A stretch of DNA of 64,000 nt. Origin: the human T2T-CHM13v2.0 reference genome, Homo sapiens. The position numbers were made by a program, and so were the translations under genes. The notes below the pieces were generated by a model. The model worked only from the letters and a program-made list of their open reading frames with translations. It had not been told where the DNA came from and searched no databases. Positions 1 to 13,498 of the stretch are shown piece by piece (the stretch's first letter is position 1; each line of letters starts with the position of its first letter). The DNA is taken from assembly GCF_009914755.1 (NCBI RefSeq), contig NC_060933.1; one strand, written 5' to 3'.

Positions 1-172
1 TACGGGCCATGAAAAGGAGCTTGGGTTTTAGTTAAGATAAAGAAAAAGCCATTGCTGGATTTCAGGTAGGGATGACCAGATCCTCATCCTGGGAAATGAA
101 ACCAGTGTTCTCCCAGTTCTTCAGGCCTGGAACCTAGACTCCTCCCTCTCTCTGCAGTCTTCTTATCTGCCC

Positions 173-173
<1 letters not shown>

Positions 174-207
<34 letters not shown>
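174..207. repeat. (CA)n microsatellite
   Basis: Pure CA run. Confidence 0.97.
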
Positions 208-210
<3 letters not shown>

Positions 211-362
211 GAGAAATACACCCGCATAACCATTGCTCTTCTCCAGCAGCCATTTCCCTTGAAATAGTGAAATTTCTTAATTGTTCTCTCTCCTTTCTAC
301 TCTCTGTTCCTCAATCAATTCTCCACCGGACAGCTAGTGATTGTCTTAAAATGCAAATCAGA

Positions 363-506
363 GCCCAATATGGTGGCTCACAACTATAATCCCAGCTACC
401 AGGGAAGCTAAATGTGGGAAGATTGCTTGAGGCCAGAAGTTAGAGACCAGCCTGGGCAACATGGTGAGACCCTGTCTGTAAAAATAAACAAACAAACAAA
501 CACACA
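363..506 (+). mobile_element. Alu monomer (FLAM-type)
   Basis: ggtggctcac..taatcccagc..gaccagcctgggcaacatggtgagaccctgtc plus A/AAAC tail; TSD caaatcaga at 354-362 and 507-515. Confidence 0.9.
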
Positions 507-574
507 CAAATCAGATCAGGTCATCCCTACCTGAAACAGGTTTGGCTATGAAAATCAAGAGATCTGATATGGAT

Positions 575-1052
575 ATCCTGTTATTTATTGATGCATTAAA
601 GAAAAAAAACACCCAAAATGTAGTGGCTTAAAACAGCAAAAACTCTGGATTGGCTAGGCAGAGCTGGGCGGTTCCTCAGCTGGTCCTAATGGGCTCTCTG
701 TGACAGGTCCTGATGGGGAGTTGCTGGTAACAGTGGATGGGACACCTGGCATGGCTTTAGACCATATCTGGTACATTTGTGGGGACAGCTGGAGGCTGAG
801 CATGGCTGGGATGGGGGAATTAGGCCTTTCTCTGTCCATGGAGTCTCAGAGCCTCTCCACATGGCCTCTCCAGGAGGGCAGTTAGACTTCTCACCTGTCA
901 GCTCAGGCCTCCCACAGGGCCAAGGCAGCAGCGCCAGCTTCACTCCCACATTGCTGGTCAAAGCCAGTCCCAGGTCCAGCCAGATTCAATGAGGGTGGAG
1001 CAGCACAGGACATGACATCAGCTGTCATGGGTCACTGGGGACCACCTTTGTA
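575..1052 (-). mobile_element. MaLR LTR (old MLT1 subfamily)
   Basis: acccaaaatgtagtggcttaaaacagc terminus and typical MLT1 interior; boundaries approximate. Confidence 0.7.
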
Positions 1053-1059
1053 GGCTGGT

Positions 1060-1560
1060 GATGAAGTTTCTGTGCAGATGTCAGGTTGACACTTAAGCCA
1101 GGAGCAGGAGCCTGTGGAGAAGCTTGGGCGGTAGATGTTCATTTAGAGCTTGTTGGTGCATATACGGTATTTTAAGCCATAGGAATAAATGCAATCTTTA
1201 AGGAGAGTGGGTAAATGCGAAGGGGAACCCAGAACGAAGCTGCAAGGAACATGGTCACTTAGGGGCTTCGAGAGCTGAATGAGTTCAAGGAAGAGTTGGG
1301 CATCCTGCAGTGGATGTTGAGGGAGAAGGACCACTGTGGAGGGAGGAAAAATTGAGGGAGCATAGGTAGTTAAAAGCCAAGAGAGGAAAGCCTTCAACAA
1401 GGAGGGTGTGGTTGATCATATGGTGTGCAGGGGAGGGTTGAATAAGATGAAGACAGAAGATCCCATGGACCTGGCAGCATGGGAGGTTTTGGGCAGGAGC
1501 CATCTTGGCAAGACAGAGGACATGCAAATCCAGAGGACGCAGGTGAAGACAGGGCAGCGC
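1060..1560 (-). mobile_element. L2 LINE fragment (continuation after MLT1)
   Basis: aagccaagagaggaaagcc, aataagatgaagacagaagatcccatggacctggcagcatgggagg are L2 antisense motifs. Confidence 0.7.
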
Positions 1561-1734
1561 CAGGCCGGTGAGCCTTCTGAGAAGCTCGGCTGCAGGACAG
1601 CCCATGTGACATGCCCCAGGAACCCCCTTGGTGACTGCAGGACGTCCTGAAGCTTCCTCAGTTGCTCCTATTTCCCCTGTCTCACTCTCCTTGTTATGCC
1701 TGTGTTGATAGATGTATATCTCAATAGAGGCACA

Positions 1735-1845
1735 GTCATATATATATGACATATATATGTAATATATATGTCACAGTCATATATAAAAATCAAAATATTA
1801 TATATACTACATATATTATATATTATATATCCTATATATAATATG
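1735..1845. repeat. AT-rich (TA)n low-complexity tract with internal palindromes
   Basis: Degenerate TA repeats; gtcatatatatatgac is self-complementary. Confidence 0.9.
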
Positions 1846-1904
1846 TGTGTGTTTTTGTATATGCCTCTCTATATAGTTAACTTAAAAATTTAAATTTAAC
1901 AGCT

Positions 1905-2407
<503 letters not shown>

Positions 2408-3490
2408 ATGGTTATTCTTGCCACTCACTTGACATTTGAGAAATGATGCCTTTACTGTCATTTATTTTGTCACAGACTGGCCTGAGTCCTTGGTACTGTC
2501 CCAGTCACCAGCTGACCTGGTATACCTGGGCTGTCAGCTTGCTCCAAAAAGCAGGTCAGCAGAGGGCTCAAGTCTTGTGCTGGCCTGGAGTGCTGGTGCT
2601 TGGTCGGGGAGGAGGGAGTAAGGAAAGGAAGGGCACAGTGACATGGGCCAGCCTGGATCACAGAGACCTGGATTCTATCTTTCCCACCTCCACAGCTCAA
2701 TTATAAATATTTTAAAATGATCTAATTTCCCAATGAAGCAATTGAATGGTGGTTTTTCTATTCTTATTAACAAAATCTTTTCTTCAGGCAAAATTTTCTG
2801 CCCAATAATACAACAAATGCCAGCCTGGCTGCTCTGGCTGAATGGCTGCAGTTGGAGGCAACGGTGCTGGCAGATGCCCTGGGGGCTATCCAGAAGCCCC
2901 ACTGGCTTAGCACTCTAAAGAGAAATAGCTCCCAGCAGAATAACTTCCATTCTGCCAATGTATTTTGCACTTCTGTAATTACGAAGGGCTTTGCCTCTCA
3001 GTCTGCATGTGGAGGTGGGAACTTCTCAGAATGCACATTCCCTCTATGTGTCTTTGCTCTTGTTCATCCCAAGCCTCCCCAGTTAACCTTTCTTGTGGCC
3101 TGCTGTGACAAGGTTTATATCACGAAGGCCTGGTGATGGTTAGTAGCCATCACTCATTGGGGCAGAGATGTTGCTTTCTGAAAATCAAGTCTAATATTGT
3201 GACAGTGTTTAGAGAACATAGGGTAATGGGTGATTAACATGTCTTGTTGACTGTCTTGGATGACTGATGTCTCCAGAGATCTTTTGACCAGTGGTAGTTC
3301 ACAGTACTCACAGTTAAACACACACTGAGTGCCTGAAGTGCTGGCATTTGAGGGGATGATTAGGAGGGAGTCACCTGTTTTAGACATTAGAGAGGCAGCA
3401 GGGTGCACGTTCCTTTGTCCAACTTAAGAGTCAGGCTTGTATTCTCACCCAGAGAAACAGCATATTCATTGACTATGCCTCTGTTGATAG

Positions 3491-3863
<373 letters not shown>

Positions 3864-3879
3864 ATTTAACTTAAATTTT

Positions 3880-4255
3880 TAACAGCTATATTGAGGTATA
3901 ATTTACCTACCATAACATGCACCCATTATAAGTATAAATTCAAAGATTTATACTAATTTACTTATTTACTTTCTGTCTCTATGGATTTTTTTTTTTCTGG
4001 AAATTTCATATAATTGGAATTGAACAACATATATGACCTTTTGTGAGTGGCTTCTTTCATTGGGCATAATGTTTTCAAGGTTCATCTGTGTTGTAGCACG
4101 CGTTACCGCTTCACCCCTTTTTATGACTGAATAGCATTCCACTGAATGAATATATTAAATTTTGTTTATCCAGTTGTTTATTGATGAGCAGTTTTGTTGA
4201 TTTCACTTTCAGGCTACTGTAAAACATGTGGCACTGTTCATCTGATATGTATGTT
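3880..4255 (-). mobile_element. Old L1M 3' end fragment (copy 2)
   Basis: tattgaggtataatttac; tactttctgtctctatggattt; caaggttcatctgtgttgtagca. Confidence 0.8.
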
Positions 4256-5935
4256 TCTACTTTGTGGCTCAGTTACTTATCTGTGGCTGCATTCCTCATT
4301 GCAGACTGTTAGACTATCTAAGTGCTGATGGCTAAACTGGAAATACCAGAACTCAGTCTTGTATTTGTTCTTTTGATCTTGGGGCTAGTTATTGCCATTC
4401 TCCCTGAAGATGTTTTGTATGTGCAGTCAAAGCTCCCCAAGAGAACAGCAACATGCAGTGCAATAGCCAGAAAATCATAGCTGATAGGTGAGTTAGAATG
4501 AATTTTTTTCAATGGAGAAATATGTATCTTTAAATTGTAGTAAAATAAACTTGGCATAAAATTTACCATGGTAACCATTTTCAGTGTACAGTTTTATGAA
4601 ATTAATTACATTCCCATGGTTGTGTAATGCATCTCCAGAACTTTTTCATCTTGCAAAACTGAAATCCTATTCCCATTAAACAACTCCTATTTTCTTCTCC
4701 CTAAGCCCCTCAACTCAACCTTCCATCTCTATGAATTTGACTACTCTAGATACCTCATATAAGCAGAATCATATAGTATTTATCTTTTGTGATGGCTATT
4801 CCACTGAGCATGATGTCTTCCAGATTCACCTATGTTGTAGCATGCGTCAGAATTTCTTTCCTTTTTAAGGCTGAATAATACTCTGTTGTAAGTACAAAGG
4901 ATCTTTAAAAAGTTTATTGTATATGCATATTATGAAAATACTATGTATGGATTTCAAAATTGTTTTTTTGACAAAATCAACTTGTGCTGACTTGTTGGGA
5001 CATGTCTGAGCAGGGTCTAGTTTGAGGCACTAAGAAGGATGAGACATTGGTTTGGAAAGAGCACCCACCAGAGCCCCATGAATTCTGCTAAAATTGAAGC
5101 AAGAGCAAACGTTAAATTTAGAGTGAAGTTTACGTGGAAGAATGGTGAAATCACTGATGTTTTATAAAAAGTGTATGGGGACAATGCCCCAAAGAAATCA
5201 GCAGTTTACAAGAGGATAATTTGAAGAAGGGATGATATGAAGTTGAAGATGAAGCCCAAAGTGGCCGACCATCCACATCAATTTTCAAGAAAAAAAAATC
5301 ATCTTGACTGTGCCTTAGTTGAAGAGGACTGAGGATTAGCAGCCAAAACAATATCCAACACCACAGACAACTCAATTGGTTCAGCTTACACAATTTAGAC
5401 TGAAAAATTAATGTTGAGCAAACTTTCCACTTGATGGATGCCAAAATGATTGCACCCAGATCAGCAGCAGATAAGAGCCAAGCTCTCAATAGATTTTTTA
5501 AACAAATGGGATCGAGATCCTGAAGCGTTTCTTTGAAGAATTGTAACAGGACATGAAACACGGCTTTCCCAGTATGATCCTGAAGACAAAGTACAGTTAA
5601 AGCAATGGCTATTGAGAAGTGGAGAGGTGGTCCAATCAGAGCAAAAGCAGGCTGGTTTAGAACAGAGTTCTTGGCAGTAGTTTTTTGGGGATGCTCAAGG
5701 CATTTTGCTCACTGACTTTCTGGTGGGTCAAAGAACAATAACTTCTGCTTATTATGAGAGTGTTTTGGGAAAGTTAGCCAAAGCTTTAGCAGAAAAACAC
5801 CTGGAAAAGCTATGCTGTGGGTTCTTCTCCATCATGGCAATGCTCCTGCTCACTCCTCTCATCAAACAAGGGCGATTTTGTCAGAGTTTCCATGGGAAAT
5901 CATCAGGCATCCACCCCGCAGTCCTGATTTGGCTC

Positions 5936-6296
5936 TAATATGTTTTGGCTGCGTCCCCACCCAAATCTCATCTTGAATTGTAGCTCCCATAATCCCCATG
6001 TGTTGTGGGAGTGACTGGGTGGGAGATAATTGAATCATGGGGCTGGGTTTTCCCGTGCTGTTCTCATGAGAGTGAATAAGTTTCATGAGATCAGATGGTT
6101 TTATGAAGGGGAGTTCCCTGGCACATGCTCTCTTGCCTGCCGCTATGTAAGACAGGACTTTCTCCTCATTCGCCTTCGGCCATGATTGTGAGGCCTCCCC
6201 AGCCATGTGGAACTGTGAGTCCATTAAGTCTCTTTCCTTTATAAATTACCCTGTTTTGGGTATGTCTTTATTAGCAGCATGAGAGCAGACTAATGA
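5936..6296 (+). mobile_element. THE1 (THE1B-like) solo MaLR LTR
   Basis: tttggctgcgtccccacccaaatctcatcttgaattgtagctccc ... gtatgtctttattagcagcatgagagcagactaat. Confidence 0.92.
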
Positions 6297-6331
6297 AGAC
6301 CACTTTTGACTTCTTTTTGTTTCCTATTCTT

Positions 6332-6973
<642 letters not shown>

Positions 6974-8605
6974 TCATTTTTCTTCAGTTAATAATATAAA
7001 AAAGACTGCATTGACATGGTTACATTTCTAGGACTCTCAGTTCCTTAGGAATGAAGTAAATCACTTACAAAAGTGTATCATCACTTACAAAAGTGTCTTG
7101 ACATTGATGGAGCTTATATTGAGAAATGAAGTTCATATTTTTAATTTGTATCTTCTAATTCTATTTTTTCATGAACATTTTGCAGTCCCTTTGTATACAT
7201 CACATTTTGTTTAACCATTCATTCCTCAACAGACATGTGGGCTGCTTCCACCTTTTGGTTATTGTGAATAATACTGCTATAAATCTTGGTGTACAACATC
7301 TGCTTGAGTCCCTGCTTTCACTTCTTTTGAGTATATACCAAGAAATGGGATTGCTGGTCATATGGTAATTCTATTTTTAATTATTCGAGGAACTGGGTTA
7401 GGACAGATTTTAAGTGAGCCTTCAATTTTCAATTGTATTCTTCTTCTTACTGTTTCCTTCTTATAGTGAGTGTTTATTACTACAAGTATTCAAATTTAAT
7501 CCTTAGGGGGACAAGGGTTATTTTGACGACCCTTTATGTATTGAATAGAAATTTTGGCAGCAATGATTGGGGTGACAAATAACTAGGGGAGCCTGATATT
7601 CTTTAATTTCACAACAGTAATGCATTAAGAAATTTCCTTCTTTTGGGGTTAAGGAAACATCAGATTCTCAGGAATTGTTCCCCAAATGTCTGCCCCGCAC
7701 AGCGTATGCCAGGGAGCAATCACACTTGGGCTCTGGCCTCAGTGGCTCTGAAAACCTTTTAGATCCTTAAGCCCAGCACACAGGGAAGTACATCAGGTAA
7801 CTTACTGTTTTCTAATGGAGATTGTTACGAAAGGACATGGATTATTGTCAGACATTCTTCCCAGCGGTAAAAACTTGGCAGGATGCTTAGGCACAAGTCC
7901 TCCAAAACTGAGGCTGGGATGGGGGAGTTACAAGAGGAAGATGTCACTAAATCTCCAGCAGTTCCCATTAGCTAACCAGAATGATTTTTTGAAATGCTCC
8001 AGTAAAGGAAGTGAAAGTAGCTGGTAGCATCCTTTTAAGCTTTGATGGTGGGTGGGAAGGAGTCCAAGGAGCACATCGGCTGTAGCTGCAGCAGGTAAGG
8101 GTGACCAGCCCAGGGCTTTGCAGCGGCTGGCTGCCCATGATCCCTGACTGCACCCGCGGAGGCTGACATTCTGTGACATGTCCAGAGTGTGGCTTCCATT
8201 TGGGGCCATCTGTGTCCAGGGCACCTGGCAGGGAGGCCACTTGTGCTGTGTTAATGAGCAGGGCAGCAATACTGCTGTTGGCAGCCCCTCTCCTGGGTGG
8301 CTGTGAGAATAAAGGGAGTGAGGTGTGTCAGATACCTGGCAAGGTGCCTAGGACACCAAATAATTGCAGGCATGATAATTCTCTTGTGTGTGAAAGTGTC
8401 CAGACAGCTGAACGTGGTGGGCTGGGTGGGAGGGGTCCGGGTGTTCTTTGCGATGACAACTTGACCTCTCTTATCTGTGGTGGGCAATTTGGAAACCTTC
8501 GGTATGTCCAAATGGGACCAGTACCATGGGAAAGGGTGTGTGCCAGGCTTGTTTACAGCAGGCTTTGCCTTCCTGTGCTGGCTGCTGGGCCTGAGGGTGG
8601 TTCCA

Positions 8606-8758
8606 GTGTATGTCTGTGAGTGAGTATCTACATGTGTGTGCATGTGTGCATGCTTTTGCATGTGTGGCACTTGTGTGTTAATGTGTCTATGTGTGTATAT
8701 GGTATGCATTCATTTACCTGCATGCATACTTGTGTATGTGCATACACAGGTGTGTGTC
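8606..8758. repeat. Degenerate (TG)n/(TGCA)n simple repeat
   Basis: gtgtgtgcatgtgtgcatg pattern. Confidence 0.85.
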
Positions 8759-10734
8759 TCAATCAGGGCTGGCCGAGTATCAGAGACTGCAAGCCTACCA
8801 GGTCCCTGGACACAGCATCTGCAGTCCTGCTGGTGGGTCCCTGGGGTGACGGCAGGTGGAGGACAGGGAGTAGGGCATGTGAAGGTCAGGCTGAGGGTGG
8901 AAGATGGGGCTACACACTGCTGAGGGAAGGTGTTCGGGACCTAGCCTTGCTCTGGGACCTTCCAATGCTGAGTGGGGGCTGGGAGAATGCAGGATGCCAG
9001 GGCCAGAGGGGAACAGAGTCAGGCCTGCTGTACCTCGCTGGATCCATGGACTGTCACTCAGGGATTCTGGATCCAAGGCCAGAAAGCCTAGATTTGACAG
9101 TCTCAAGGCATGAACCTCCATATTCCACTTTAGTGGGAGGCAGTGCCAAGGTCTGCACCATCCTCTTTAGTAAACAAACAGGTACATGTGGAGGAGCATC
9201 ACAGCCTCGAGTACCGTACCTTCAAACAGTCCAATTATCCCTCCCCCACATTCATCCACAGGTGACTGCACCATGAGCACCTTGTTTTCAGAGACCCCAA
9301 AATCTTATTTAAATTCTAAAACCATCACTGAACTTTGATATTAGAGATCCCTGCCCATGTTTTTTGATCATCTGTGACATTCAAGAATAAGAGTACCAAA
9401 GAGCTCTTGGGGTCATTAAGTGGCCTGTGCTGTCATGGGGTTTCTCATTCTCTAATTTCAGGTGGGAGCGGGGAAGGTGGTGGGTGGGAAAGACACCTTT
9501 CAAAAAAGACTTAAAATGAATGATCATAAGTCCACCACCCAGATAGTTCTGGGGGGAACAAACTGTGATCCAGGGGCAAGGGTAGAAGGCCTGGATCCAG
9601 GCAATTAGGATAAGTGGGAGCCCTCACTAGTGCGCAGACCCTTGCCAAGGGTAACTACTTTTCACAGTTTCTTATAATTCACAGTTCAGTCCTCCTGGTG
9701 GTGATTCCCTCCTCCTTCAAAGTCTCTCTTACTTTCTGGCCCTCCACTCTCCTGTTCTCTGCGCTCCCTGGAGCCATCTTCTGTTTCCTTTGCTGGGATT
9801 TCTTGATCCCTTTCCTGCACCTGTGCCCAAAACAAGTGTGGGGACTTCTGCTTTCTCCTCGCCTTGGGTGAGCAAGGGGAGGTCTGGTCATGCCCAGCTC
9901 TGGAGGAAGGCAGCTGGGTTCTAGGTGCAGAGGCACCAACCCCTCGTTTAGGATATTCCTCCTGAAGATGACTCAGTGCCCTCCGTGGCCTTTGTCCATG
10001 TCCTGTGCTGCTGAATCCTTCAGGTGGTGAGTGGAGCCCATTTCTGCATCCTTGAATCCCAAATGTGACTGGCCCAGACCGAGGTGAAGGCCTGCCTTTT
10101 CTAGGCTAGGCCTTAGGAGGTTTTGGCAGGTCAAGTCTATACCTCTGGGGTCCTGCCCTACCGGAGGCAGTAACCACTTGGAGGAGAAAAGAGACATGCC
10201 ACCCAAGAACCAGAGGCAAAGTCCAGACAACCTTGAATCCTCCAGTCGGGCTGAGCAGCCCTAGCCGGTGCCGCATGAATCAGAAACACCTGTCTAACCA
10301 AGCCCCGTGTGCTTTTCTGAGACACAGCGTGGAGAGCCAAGAGATCACTGCTACTTTAAGTGCTCCATTTTGGGGTGGCTTGTTATGCAGGAGCAAGCAA
10401 CTGAAACAACAGCACGGAGGATCCACATCCAGCCATTCGGTCACTTGATTCCTACGAGCTACGACCCACCAGTGCAAGCCGCCCATTGTACAAGAGGCTG
10501 GCCACAGCCACAGGGCCCTGACAAAAGGGCGCATCATCACTTCCCTTAGTGCTGACATCAGTGAAACAAAATTCGTACTCTGTCAACCTCTGCTCTTCAA
10601 AGCAATCAAAGACAAGTTCTGAAAAGTGAAACATCTCAAAAATATGATGAGGTCACTGCTCAGCATATTCTGTTTAGTCCAAGTTAGAGGCAAAAACATT
10701 CAGGGGACTGTTCAGGGCATAGTATATAATGCCC

Positions 10735-10895
10735 CTCAACAACCCACTTTAATTACTGCTATCCCCAGTTTACAGATAAGAAAACTGAGACTTAGGTCAA
10801 CTAAGTTGTGCTCAAGCTTACACGGCTGGGAAGAGTTGGAAGAGGAAACTACTCAAATTTCTAGCTCTAGACATCCAGCTTACGTATTACCGTTC
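10735..10895 (-). mobile_element. MIR SINE fragment
   Basis: ccccagtttacagataagaaaactgagacttag core. Confidence 0.8.
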
Positions 10896-12531
10896 ATACA
10901 TTAAGGGCCCTCTCAGTTAATACAAATAGTCTTATTTAAAATAACTGTTTATTCTATGACATTAAATTTTTCTCTAAACTTATTCAAGCATCAAAGAGTA
11001 GATTTCTTCTTGGCTTAATCCTGGTGGCCTGAGGAATTCTGCTTTATTATGAGTAAGTTCCTTCTCTTAATGTGCTAAAGGGTTTCCATGCTGAAGGGGC
11101 AGGATGAATGATGCTGTAATCTCAGCCTTGTAGGGCAGAGATTCATTCCATGGGCTACTAATTATGTATAGTATCACTCCCTAGCCTATGGGAGTGATTC
11201 TAACATGATAAGCATTATAGAAAACATATTTGGATCTTAGTTCTGGGAGTCCCTGTGAGATTCCTTAAGGAGGAATGGCTTGGTTTATTGGGAAAAGACA
11301 TCCTTTTCAAAGGAACATTCAGCTTGAGGCGCACACATAGGACATCTGATAGGGGAGGGCCTCATGCCCTTCTGTGGCCACATTCTGCAGCCTGCCCAGC
11401 CCTGTTGCTCGGTCTGGAGATATAAGTCCTCACCAAATACCTCAAATCCTGGTTCTCTAGCCGCTTCCACTCCCAGCGAGGACTACCCAAACATCATACT
11501 GGAATCCCCTTGTGCGCCATGCTTCCAGCCCTTGTCTCCTTCCTAACATGGACTGCTCTGGTTATTTGGAGAGATTTCATTCTGATTTTGCCTATAAATT
11601 TCCATGTTTAAAAGACATGGGTGGGTAGATAAGATGGTTCATTAGTCTCAGTTGCTTTTCCTTTTCTGGATGTTATGGGTATTCAAACTGGCTGGGTTGA
11701 GCAATCGTAGGTATAGCTTTATTGAAATTTGTGCTCAAATTTTTACTAGGTTTAAAAAACATAGTCATGCAGGGCCCTGTCTCGCCCGATGTAGGGGTTA
11801 CAAGGAAGCCTTGGGTGAGTCCATGGCAGGCCTAGATGAGAGGCCGCAGAGGGGAGTGGGCAATGTTGCAGCCTCTAGACTGTGGCTTTATGACAAAGGG
11901 AAGTCAAGTTTCAAGATTCCAGGCATGAAAGCAGGGGTACAGCAGGGTGGGGGTGAAATCTTGTGGTGGCTTGCTATTTGCCAGAAACACAAGTGCCTTT
12001 GGGAAAGGGCTTCCCAGGGTTGGGCAGAGTCCCAGGTGTGTGACCAGAAGAAAACTCCCACTTACAATGTGGAGCACGGTGTTGGCAAGATTGTTCCATT
12101 GGAACCAAAGAATCAAGGCTGAACCCCTTTGGATCTATTGGGAAAGTGTGGAGTCAGGACTCCCACCCGATTCTCTTCTGGTCACCCTGGAATCCAGCCC
12201 AGGGAATCCTGCTCTGGAGGCCCCTCCAGCTCTTGCAGATCAGTCACTCCTCATTCCTAGCACCCCCGGGGCCTGGACCGCGTCCTTCCTTAAGGGGCAG
12301 TCTTCCACCTGGCCCTCTGCTCCCACAAGGAAGCTGCCGCAGGTCCCCCAAACTGCCAGCTTCCACACAGAGGGTGCAGCCAGGTCCCAGAGGGACTCCC
12401 CCTGCCCAGTATCTGAATTCCAGTGAACACCAGCAACCCAGTCTGAGATGCTCACTGGGGCCAATGAAGCCAGTTGCAGGAATGCAGTCATGAAATGGTC
12501 TGGGGAAGAGGCGAGCAACATGAGCCCTGGG

Positions 12532-12749
12532 TTCACAGCTCACTGTAGCCTCAAGCTCCTGGGCTCAAGTCATCCTCCCATTTCAGTACATGGGACTACA
12601 GGCATGTACTGCCATGCCCAGCTAATTTTTAATGCAACTTTTTTTGGTAGAAATGGGGTCTCACTATGTTGCCCAGGGTGGTCTCAAACTCCTAGCCTCA
12701 AGCAATCCTCCTGTGCTGAGATTATAGGTGTAAACCATCACAGCTGGCC
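12532..12749 (-). mobile_element. AluJ, partial and degenerate
   Basis: gctcactgtagcctcaagctcctgggctcaag; ggtctcactatgttgcccagg. Confidence 0.9.
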
Positions 12750-13441
12750 CTGACTTTTCTTAACCTCTTTCACCTTCTGTCTGGTCATGAGTACAAGAAT
12801 AATAGCAGTGCCTTCTCAAGGGTGCTAAAAGCTAGAGCATGTTTCCCAGGGGTGCCCTCCTGGAAGGGTATCATGATGCTTACGGTCTGGCTCACAAGGA
12901 GGCATCTTTCAGGCTGAGACTGCCAACTGTTCTTTCTTCCCTCCCCTCCCACCCGGTACCGGATCCGACTGAGAAGCCAGTCCCTTGCACAGACCTGACT
13001 GCGACTCCTTCCTGTCACCATCATTGTCTGGGACTTGTGATCTCAGGGGAGTCAAGCTGCTCGTGAGCTGCTCCTTTGCAATGCATGAGACTGATCTGCC
13101 TCCCTGCTCCCCAGGAGCTATGCTCAAGGATATCCCAGCTCCCAGAGCTATCCCCAAGTTGCTGGAAACAGCCCACAACCACAGCCTGCATGGGACCTGC
13201 ACCACCATGCCAGGCAGCATGGCGGCTCTGGTAGTCAGGTACTCACTCAGAAACAATGTCCTTCAGACACGGGGGTTTCTGAAACCGATCCAATCATAAG
13301 GCTGCATTTGAAAGGAGCAGAGGAGTTGCAGGTCTCTTGTAGCTCTTCAAGGTCATGTGGTCTGCCTCTACTTGGAGTCCAGAGACCCGATTCTCCCTCT
13401 GTGCATAGGACTCAGTCCCCAGGACTGTGTCTCTGCATTAA

Positions 13442-13442
13442 T

Positions 13443-13496
<54 letters not shown>
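13442..13496. repeat. (TG)n microsatellite
   Basis: About 24 uninterrupted TG units. Confidence 0.98.

Positions 13497-13498
<2 letters not shown>

Larger units (their letters stand above)
1..570. mobile_element. L2 LINE fragment, internally inverted (1-82 and 537-570 antisense; 83-536 sense)
   Basis: 240-362 and 514-536 resemble the L2 3' region (ctccac..cagctagtgattgtcttaaaatgcaaatcagatc); its continuation lies reverse-complemented at 1-82. Confidence 0.75.

Noticed and set aside
8620-9276. 218-aa ORF
   Set aside because: Starts in a TG repeat (CVCV-type translation); remainder unrecognisable
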